Below are positions 56,768 to 64,000 of a DNA stretch of 64,000 nucleotides, one piece after another. Where the stretch lies: NCBI GenBank assembly GCA_018819345.1, contig JAHJQG010000064.1, forward strand, positions 33 to 64,032, in the 5' to 3' direction. The DNA is from Nanobdellota archaeon (GTDB lineage Archaea; Nanobdellota; Nanobdellia; Woesearchaeales; CG1-02-33-12). Under the pieces are notes generated by a model, which saw only the letters and a list, made by a program, of their open reading frames with translations, made no database searches and was not told the DNA's origin. Numbering within the stretch: the first letter of the stretch is position 1; the number at the start of each line of letters is the position of its first letter. The translations under genes and the position numbers were made by a program.

Positions 56768-58465
56768 TTACATTCTTTCAGGGGCCTCTATTCCAAGAAG
56801 ATTAAGGCCATTCTTTAGAACCTGCCTTATGCTGTCTATCAAAAGAATTCTTGTGTTTTTTAGTTCTTCTCTTTCCTTTAGAATCTGGTGAATGTGATAA
56901 AACTCATTAAAGCCTTGCGATAAGTCAAGCAGATAACGAGAGATTAATGAAGGCTTGTATGAAGATGCTGCATTTTCAACAACATCTGGAAATTTTCCCA
57001 AGAGTTTAATTAATTCAGTTTCCTCTTTTTCTTTTAATAAAGATAAATCTGCTTTATCAATAAAGCCCTTGTCAATCCTTTTTCCAAACTTTCTCAAAAT
57101 GCTGCAAATACGTGCATGTGCATACTGGATATATGGGCCTGTTTCTCCCTCAAAGTCCAATGCCTTATTTATATCAAAAACAATTGTCTTGTTATTATCC
57201 TGGTTAAGCATGCTGAATTTCATGGCAGCCACTGCAATCTGTTTTGTGGCTTTTTCTTTGTCTTTTTCAGGCCATTGCTTGTGCCTTTTTTCAACTTCTT
57301 TTGATGCTTTCTCAAAAATCTTTTTTGACAACTCAAAATAAAGCACTATATTGCCAAGCCTTGATGACATCTTGCCCTCTTTTAACATGACAAGCTCGTA
57401 TGATAAATGGTAGCATTTCTTTGCCTGCTTAAATCCAATAATCTCAAGTGTTTTGAATAATTGTTTTAGGTGAAATCTTTGCTCTGAGCCAATAACATAA
57501 ATAGACTTGTCTATTTTATAGTCATCAAACTTTTTTTTGGCTAATGCAAAATCCTTTGTTGAATACAATGATGTGCCATCGCTTTTTAATAGCAAAAAAA
57601 CCTTCAGCCCATATTTCTCAAGATTAATTATTACTGCCCCATCGCTTTTTTCTGCTATTCCTTTCTTAAGCATATCAAGCACGATTTTCTTTCCAGGCTT
57701 TTCAACCTGGCTTTCAAAAAAGAAAACATCAAAATTTATTCCAAGTTCTTTGTATATCTTATAAAAATCCTGCATACTCCATTCTTTTGTTTTTTCCCAC
57801 AATTCAGTTAATTCCTTATTTCCATCTTCAAGTTTTCTTTGAATCTTCTGAATCTCTTTTTTATATTCTTCATTTTCTGCAACTATTTTGCTTGCCTCTG
57901 TGTATATTGAGCCGAGCCATTCCCCTTTATTTGTTTTTGGCTCCTTGTTTTTATAAAATTTTAAGTAATACCATATGCACTTAGCAATATGCGCCCCAAT
58001 ATCACCTATATAGTTTGCGGCAACAACATCATACCCATTAAATCTCATAATCCTAACCAAAGAGTCTCCTAGTGAGGCATTCCTCAAGTGTCCTATATGA
58101 AATCCCTTGTGGGTGTTTGGCTGTGAAAATTCTATCATAACCCTTTCCTTTTTTTTCTTGGCTTTTCCATAATCATCTTTACCACTAGAAATATTGTTTA
58201 AGATTAACTCTGCCAGAATGCTTTCATTAACAAAGAAATTAACATACGGGCCTGTGCTTTTTATCTCTTTTATGTATTTGTTTGGCTTGAGCTTTGATGC
58301 TAAATCCTTTGCAATCTCAATAGGGCTTTTCTTTAGTTGCTTTGCGAGGCCAAAGCATGGAAATGCATAATCTCCCAGCTTAGAATCTGGTGGGGTTTCA
58401 AGCTCTATTGAACCATTTACCTCTTTTTTCAATAGATTAATAATTGCTTCCTTAAATACCTGCAT
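56768..58465 (-). CDS. argS: Arginine--tRNA ligase
   Basis: GDYAFPCF, GPYVNF, QPNTHKGFHIGHLRN, KMSSR, GPYIQYAHARICSI, APERM. Confidence 0.97.
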   Translation of the reverse strand: MQVFKEAIINLLKKEVNGSIELETPPDSKLGDYAFPCFGLAKQLKKSPIEIAKDLASKLKPNKYIKEIKSTGPYVNFFVNESILAELILNNISSGKDDYGKAKKKKERVMIEFSQPNTHKGFHIGHLRNASLGDSLVRIMRFNGYDVVAANYIGDIGAHIAKCIWYYLKFYKNKEPKTNKGEWLGSIYTEASKIVAENEEYKKEIQKIQRKLEDGNKELTELWEKTKEWSMQDFYKIYKELGINFDVFFFESQVEKPGKKIVLDMLKKGIAEKSDGAVIINLEKYGLKVFLLLKSDGTSLYSTKDFALAKKKFDDYKIDKSIYVIGSEQRFHLKQLFKTLEIIGFKQAKKCYHLSYELVMLKEGKMSSRLGNIVLYFELSKKIFEKASKEVEKRHKQWPEKDKEKATKQIAVAAMKFSMLNQDNNKTIVFDINKALDFEGETGPYIQYAHARICSILRKFGKRIDKGFIDKADLSLLKEKEETELIKLLGKFPDVVENAASSYKPSLISRYLLDLSQGFNEFYHIHQILKEREELKNTRILLIDSIRQVLKNGLNLLGIEAPERM

Positions 58466-58484
58466 AAGAAAGATATTTTTCTTT

Positions 58485-59144
58485 TTATTTATTAATGTTG
58501 CTATTACTTAATTTAACACAATAATTTATCAATGCATTTCTGATATGAAAAATATGTTTTTCCTTATACATCTTTTGATCTGCAATATTAAAAGCAGATT
58601 CAATAGCATTTTTTTCCAAGGGATTTATTAGTGCATAACCTGCTGAAATAGACATATTATAGTTTATGTCTTTTTTAGAATCTGTATTATATGAGTTTAG
58701 TCCATTGTTTAATCTCTCTCTCATTTTTTGTTCTGTAAGCGGAGTTGCGTTTCGAGTAATAACTATAAATTCATCTCCTCCAATTCTTACAACTTCATCA
58801 CATTCCCTGACTGAGTCTCTTAAAATATCAGAAAAAATTTTTAAAAATTTATCACCCTCAGGATGACCAAACTTATCATTTACATACTTAAGGTTGTTTA
58901 AATCAATTATGTAAAGTCCAACTTTTTGTTTTTTTTCAATAGATTCTTTAAATATATCCTCAATATTCTTATTATAATAATTAAGATTATAGAGCTTTGT
59001 TAGTGAATCTCTAAATGCTTGTTTTTTAAGACTTTCATTTTCTTTTTTAAGATTTTTAATCTCTTTATAAGCCTCTTTTAATCTTTCTTCTAAACTATTA
59101 ACACATAAAAATTTAAGTTCTTCCATTTCTTCCATTTTAGACAT
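58485..59144 (-). CDS. Diguanylate cyclase (GGDEF) with N-terminal coiled coil
   Basis: DSLTKLYN, DLNNLKYVNDKFGH..GD, RECD I-site, RIGGDEF, SISAG, ADQKMY..K. Confidence 0.92.
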   Translation of the reverse strand: MSKMEEMEELKFLCVNSLEERLKEAYKEIKNLKKENESLKKQAFRDSLTKLYNLNYYNKNIEDIFKESIEKKQKVGLYIIDLNNLKYVNDKFGHPEGDKFLKIFSDILRDSVRECDEVVRIGGDEFIVITRNATPLTEQKMRERLNNGLNSYNTDSKKDINYNMSISAGYALINPLEKNAIESAFNIADQKMYKEKHIFHIRNALINYCVKLSNSNINK

Positions 59145-59254
59145 TTTATTGATTTTCCTTTATTCTTAGTTTTATAATAAGGAATATGTATAATAAGTAT
59201 ATAAATCTTTCTATTTTGTTACTACCTATTAGTTAATAATAAGTCTTTACTGCC

Positions 59255-59905
59255 TTAGTCTGCAATAACTTTCTGGATGTCTTCAAACTGGTCCTTGAAT
59301 ATATGGGCACTGTTTGAGAAGGTTGTTAAAGAGCCAGTTTTGCAATTAAGTTCTTTTGCAACATACTCCTGCAATACAAAAATCTGGTAGAAGTTGGCAG
59401 GCCACCCAAAGAACAAATCATTGCTTCTGACAATTGCAGTTACATTAAGCTTTTGATTTCTCATCTTGAAATCAAGAGATATCAAAGCAGGTATTTCTCT
59501 TTTGTATGATTTTGAATCTTCAGTGGGATTCCAAATACTTACAATCCCCCTTCTAGAAAAATTATTTTTTTTAATCAGGGGAATTAGGAAGTCATCTATC
59601 TGGTTTATTACATTATTAAAATTAAAGAGCCTTGGGCCATATGAAAAAGAATAAGTAGGAGATAGCTTTCTTGACATAATAACCTCAGCTATCTCATCTA
59701 TTGGAGGATAAACCCATTTCTTAAAGCTGTTAAGTATTTCAACTGCCCTTATAATATCTTTTTCAGGATTCTCCACTTTTATAACAAGGTTCAAGATTTC
59801 TCTGCAAACCCTGTTATTCTCATCTGTAAAATCCTTTCCAGACTCAAGTATGTATTTTAAGCTTGATTTCCATGCACCTATTGTTGTTTCAGATTTTATT
59901 TCCAC
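59255..59905 (-). CDS. Thymidylate synthase-like protein lacking the catalytic Cys
   Basis: YGPRL, SRR, RSNDLFFGWPAN, SAHIF present; EIPAL where PC is expected. Confidence 0.8.
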   Translation of the reverse strand: MEIKSETTIGAWKSSLKYILESGKDFTDENNRVCREILNLVIKVENPEKDIIRAVEILNSFKKWVYPPIDEIAEVIMSRKLSPTYSFSYGPRLFNFNNVINQIDDFLIPLIKKNNFSRRGIVSIWNPTEDSKSYKREIPALISLDFKMRNQKLNVTAIVRSNDLFFGWPANFYQIFVLQEYVAKELNCKTGSLTTFSNSAHIFKDQFEDIQKVIAD

Positions 59906-59909
59906 ATAA

Positions 59910-61526
59910 TCACCTTATAAATGCTGTAAGCTTTAATTCAGACCCACTTACCTCAGAAAATTCATAGCAAAAGAAAGGAATTTTGTATGTTTTTAGTATT
60001 ATATTGAACTCACGGCATATATCCTTTGAATTTATTTTGCCTGTCCTGTAAAATCTTGCCCTATCGCCGCCGTCAAATGCCTGAAAAATCTCTTCTTTTA
60101 CACTAAGCATTTCCTTTACTTTTTTTGAGTAAAGGTCTTCCAGTTTCTTAATCTCTATTTTCTGTGGCAATCTCTTGCTAAAGTTAAATTTTGAGCCATT
60201 GAAAAGACATGAAAATGCAACCTTAAACCGTGTTGGCATGCCGCATGATTTGTAAATAGTTTCTTCTGATACACAAAAATTATCAATCTCTTCTTTTGTG
60301 CTTTTTATAAGCTCAATAACATAGTTTTGGTTTAGGTTTGGCTCTTTCCAGCCGTAATTCCAGAATCGAATATAATTTTTGCTCAAATTAAAAAATTCCC
60401 TTACATGAGGAAAAGTAAGTTTAACAATATCCTTAAAATATTCATCTGATTTTCTTCTTTGAAGAGAATTTGCATACAGGAGCGATTTAACTATGTTCTT
60501 AATAAATAACCTGAATTGGCTGATATTATTGTTTTCCTTAAAAAAGGCATTAACATCAATGCCAATTGTTGATTGTGAGCATGCAAGTCCATAACTTTTT
60601 TCCTGAAATTCTTTCTTGTAAACAAGCCATTCATTTTCATCAAAGCAATATGGGCCAGCCCTGCCAAGTATATATGGCGCTCCATGAAGATCCTGATTTT
60701 TTATGTATATTCTTTTTTTGAAATTTACAAATAGATTAATAACATCTTCAAAAAAATCAGAATTTTCTTGCAATTCTTTGCTTCTAACATCAAATATTAG
60801 GGTTATGTTCCTAGAATGAATATTGCAGTATTCCTTAATAAATTCAAGAACCTTGCTTATTTTTTCCTTTTCAATATTTGTTATGTCTATTATGCAGCTT
60901 AATCTTTTTCCATAGTCAACACATTCAGAATTAATCCTTCTAAGGAAAGACAAGGATTCTTTAATATCATTATTTTGTATTGCATATTCAAAATCATTTA
61001 AACCAATCACATCATTGATATTTGAGAAACATTTGTTTATTGTGTTGTATAATTCTTCAAGGCTTTTGAATTTTGGTGTTTCAAATAAAATTGAATTTAA
61101 CCTGTCTATCCATGTTGCTGGTTCAAAGCGTGCAGCAATATTTTTTTGCTCATATCCATCAATATGCATTGCAGGCATGCTTGGCTTTGATATGATAATT
61201 TTCCTTTTTGACTTATTAATAATAAGTTCTTCCCCGCCTTCTAATGCAAGAACAAAGTATTTTTCCCCTTTATTGCCTTGTTTGCTTATCTTTAGTATAT
61301 CTTCATTTACTAAGTTATTCAGATAATAAAGGATTTTTCTGTGAAGCTGGCCTTTTTTTCTCTTTGCATTATTAAGCATCTGCTTGTCTGAAAAAGGATC
61401 ATTAAGTATGTCCTCTATATTTTTATAATCTTCAGAAAAAATATTTGCTAATACATCTGTTGTGGACAATTCTTTTTCAGGATTTTTCTTAAAAAATAAG
61501 AGTAATTCATACTCTGTTTTTTTCAT
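59910..61526 (-). CDS. wHTH-containing multidomain protein
   Basis: LHRKILYYLNNLVNEDILKISKQGNKGEKYF winged helix; rest unassigned; tightly coupled to the thyA-like gene. Confidence 0.65.
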   Translation of the reverse strand: MKKTEYELLLFFKKNPEKELSTTDVLANIFSEDYKNIEDILNDPFSDKQMLNNAKRKKGQLHRKILYYLNNLVNEDILKISKQGNKGEKYFVLALEGGEELIINKSKRKIIISKPSMPAMHIDGYEQKNIAARFEPATWIDRLNSILFETPKFKSLEELYNTINKCFSNINDVIGLNDFEYAIQNNDIKESLSFLRRINSECVDYGKRLSCIIDITNIEKEKISKVLEFIKEYCNIHSRNITLIFDVRSKELQENSDFFEDVINLFVNFKKRIYIKNQDLHGAPYILGRAGPYCFDENEWLVYKKEFQEKSYGLACSQSTIGIDVNAFFKENNNISQFRLFIKNIVKSLLYANSLQRRKSDEYFKDIVKLTFPHVREFFNLSKNYIRFWNYGWKEPNLNQNYVIELIKSTKEEIDNFCVSEETIYKSCGMPTRFKVAFSCLFNGSKFNFSKRLPQKIEIKKLEDLYSKKVKEMLSVKEEIFQAFDGGDRARFYRTGKINSKDICREFNIILKTYKIPFFCYEFSEVSGSELKLTAFIR

Positions 61527-61720
61527 ACTACTTTAAAAGAACAACAAGTATATAAATGTTTTTGTTTCAGGAAAAAATATTTGTTTAATTGTTTTCTTTT
61601 TAAATGCTTCAGAATTTTTCTGAAACATTCAAATTTTCTTGCTAAAAAACCTTTATATTTCAATGAATCTCTGAATGAAGATATTACAAAAACCATAAAA
61701 AATATATGGAGGCCAAAAAA

Positions 61721-62185
61721 ATGATAAATAAAAAAGATCTGATAGTTATTTCTTATTTGAGGCAGAATGCAAGGGAAACACTGACAAGACTTAGCAGAAA
61801 GACACATATACCTGTATCAACCATATATGACAAGCTAAAGCTGCATGAGCATGAGCTTATAACAAAATACACAAGCTTGCTGGATTTCTCAAAGCTTGGC
61901 TTTAACACAAGGGCAAATGTTATGCTAAAAGTAAACAGGGATAAAAGGGATGAAGTAAAGGATTATTTGATAAAAAACCATAATGTAAACTCTGTATGCA
62001 AGATAAACAATGGCTTTGACTTTATGGTGGATGTTATCTTCAAGCACATAAAGGATATGGAAGACTTCATAGAAAACCTTGAGCAAAGATTTGACATAAA
62101 AGACAGGCAGGTATATTATGTTATAGATGACATAAAAAGGGAATCCTTTATGAGTGATCCAGCTGTTTTAGAGATGATAGGATAA
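61721..62185 (+). CDS. Lrp/AsnC family transcriptional regulator
   Basis: LRQNARETLTRLSRKTHIPVSTIYDKL, LDFSKLG, NGFDF. Confidence 0.9.
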   Translation: MINKKDLIVISYLRQNARETLTRLSRKTHIPVSTIYDKLKLHEHELITKYTSLLDFSKLGFNTRANVMLKVNRDKRDEVKDYLIKNHNVNSVCKINNGFDFMVDVIFKHIKDMEDFIENLEQRFDIKDRQVYYVIDDIKRESFMSDPAVLEMIG

Positions 62186-62369
62186 ATTCTTTTTTAATCG
62201 AATTTTTAAGATTATTAGTTATTTTCTTATTTCAGCAATTTCTTCATTTGAGAAGTTTTCTTGAAGGACTTTTCATCTTCCTTACTATATTTTATTTTTG
62301 ATTTTTTCTTCAAACATTTTCAATAATTTTCACATAACTTTATATACTAATGTTATTTCTAACATATTT

Positions 62370-62732
62370 ATGGCAAGATTTGAACGTTCAAGAGAAAGAA
62401 AAAGCAAAAGAGATTCTAAAGATAGTTATTCAAAGAGAGACACCAGGGGTAAGAGAAGTTTTGAAGACATTCATAAGGGTAGGAGAGATTCTGGCAGAAG
62501 ATCTAACTCTTACAGCAGAGATAGGCGTGATATTGAGATGACTAAAGTTATTTGTTCTTCTTGCGGTGCTGAATGTGAGGTTCCTTTTAAACCAACTTCA
62601 AACAAGCCTGTCTATTGTAATGATTGTTTTGCAAAAAAAGGTAAAGTTAGTTCTGATAGGGTTCCTAACAGAGATCTTGAAATAATTAATGAAAAACTTG
62701 ACAAAATAATGAAAGCTTTAGATATTAAATGA
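62370..62732 (+). CDS. CxxC-x17-CxxC domain protein
   Basis: R/S-rich N-terminus; ICSSCGAECEVPFKPTSNKPVYCNDCF. Confidence 0.88.
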   Translation: MARFERSRERKSKRDSKDSYSKRDTRGKRSFEDIHKGRRDSGRRSNSYSRDRRDIEMTKVICSSCGAECEVPFKPTSNKPVYCNDCFAKKGKVSSDRVPNRDLEIINEKLDKIMKALDIK

Positions 62733-62920
62733 ATTAATTCTTCTATTTTTTTGCTAAGAATTATTTTAACATCAGCTCTTTTTTAGAGAGGAGGATTTTT
62801 TGTTTTTTGACAAGAAAAAGTGATTAAGCTAACTAATATGGAATATCTTCCGGAGTTCGCAAAAATTTCATGATTTTTTTTAGTAAAGCAATATAAATAT
62901 GTCCTTCTTATTGTTGTTAG

Positions 62921-63391
62921 GTGAGTTTATTGCTGACAAAAAAGGAGTTATTGATTTTAACGCATTTAAGAGCAGATTCAAGGAAAAGCCTTGCAATGAT
63001 AAGCCGTGAAACAAATATTCCAATATCAACAATATTTGACAAGGTAAATAAGCTTGGAAAAAATACAATATCAAAATACTCTCCTCTGCTTGACTTTCAA
63101 AAGCTTGGTTTTGGAATAAGGATTAACTTTATATTAAAAGCTAATGACAAAAAAAAGCAAGAGATTAAAGATTTCTTATTAACAAATAAAAATGTAAACT
63201 CCATATTAAGGCTTAATAATGAATTTGATTTCTTTGTTGAAGCAGTATTTAGGGATATGAAAGGGCTTGAAGAATTCTCTGAGAGCCTTGAAAAATTTAA
63301 GATAAAAAAGAAAAAAGAGTTCTTTATTATTGAGGATTTAAAGAGAGAGGAATTTCTTACAAAGCCAGAGCATATAAAACTATTAGATTAA
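62921..63391 (+). CDS. Lrp/AsnC family transcriptional regulator
   Basis: LRADSRKSLAMISRETNIPISTIFDKV, LDFQKLG; paralog of 61721..62185. Confidence 0.9.
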   Translation: MSLLLTKKELLILTHLRADSRKSLAMISRETNIPISTIFDKVNKLGKNTISKYSPLLDFQKLGFGIRINFILKANDKKKQEIKDFLLTNKNVNSILRLNNEFDFFVEAVFRDMKGLEEFSESLEKFKIKKKKEFFIIEDLKREEFLTKPEHIKLLD

Positions 63392-63392
63392 A

Positions 63393-63551
63393 TTATGAGT
63401 CCATTTCATCAATAACTTCATCTATGATTTTCTGCATTGGCTTTACTTTCTCTAAGGTTCCCTCTTTTCCGCAGAAAGGGCATGTCTTTGGTATTATATC
63501 CTTCTTTGGACTGAACTTATAGTTGCATTCCTTACAGCGCAGATTTAACAT
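63393..63551 (-). CDS. 52-aa zinc-ribbon protein (below the ORF-track cutoff)
   Basis: Translated by hand: MLNLRCKECNYKFSPKKDIIPKTCPFCGKEGTLEKVKPMQKIIDEVIDEMDS. Confidence 0.75.
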   Translation of the reverse strand: MLNLRCKECNYKFSPKKDIIPKTCPFCGKEGTLEKVKPMQKIIDEVIDEMDS

Positions 63552-63670
63552 AAAAAGAATAAAAAAATCAAAACTTATAAAGCTTTCGGATGAATTATGG
63601 GGCTATAAATAACTACATATTAGTGGTAAAAATAGAAAGATTTATATATTAGTAAATATGTTATAAGATT

Positions 63671-64000
63671 ATGGAATCATACAAGATTCAAAAAGTTGGA
63701 GATGAAAATATAAGATATATAAAAAAAGGGTTAGGTGAACCTCTGCTGTTTTTGCATGGATTTGGATTGGATGTTAAAAAATATGAAAATATTATAGAAA
63801 AGCTTTCTAATAAGTTTGAAGTTATTGCTCCAGATATGTATGCAATAAATTACTTGAAAAGTCAGCCTACATCAATAAAGGAATATGCTGGGTTGACATA
63901 TGATTTTTGTAACTCAATTAAATTAGGAAAATATAAAATTGTAGGTCATTCAATGGGTGGTGCTGTTGCATTTACAGTTGGAAATAACTCTTCAGAAGCA
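63671..64000 (+). CDS. Alpha/beta hydrolase, runs off the window
   Basis: PLLFLHGFG, VIAPD, VGHSMGG nucleophile elbow. Confidence 0.88.
   Translation, partial: MESYKIQKVGDENIRYIKKGLGEPLLFLHGFGLDVKKYENIIEKLSNKFEVIAPDMYAINYLKSQPTSIKEYAGLTYDFCNSIKLGKYKIVGHSMGGAVAFTVGNNSSEA

Noticed and set aside
1-64000. CRISPR array, rRNA or IS transposase
   Set aside because: No regularly spaced repeats, no long GC-rich rRNA-like stretch and no DDE/HUH transposase ORF seen

Overview
AT-rich archaeal chromosomal window. Archaeal-type RpS19e, RpL39e, RpL31e, RpoL, Cbf5, LonB, PAC2 and ProRS sit beside a bacterial-type MEP isoprenoid operon, a combination that points to DPANN/Woesearchaeota (inference). Housekeeping blocks, two tRNAs, a MoxR-vWA-DUF58 cluster and xerA with an adjacent dif-like site surround a ~16 kb accessory island (~25.2-41.5 kb). 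The island appears to encode an unusual membrane-linked ubiquitin-like conjugation system. It contains two divergent beta-grasp-like Ubl paralogs (one ending ..RG, one ..AG plus a 9-aa tail), an E2-like protein (HP...IC), a JAB peptidase and a tandem-ThiF E1 whose N-terminal part is missed by the ORF track because it probably starts at ATT. It also encodes a JAB-HTH-HTH-TM-LysM fusion, a transglutaminase-like protein, helical-repeat/LysM proteins and lipoproteins. Four ungapped copies of a 39-bp promoter motif tie these units, a GC-rich structured RNA and a B12 radical SAM gene into one apparent regulon. Other oddities: a Fic gene bracketed by palindromes and direct repeats, an intact GGDEF protein, a ThyA homolog lacking the catalytic Cys, a Dph2 lacking its first domain, and several probable ATH start codons. 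All calls come from reading motifs by eye; no database searches were run.
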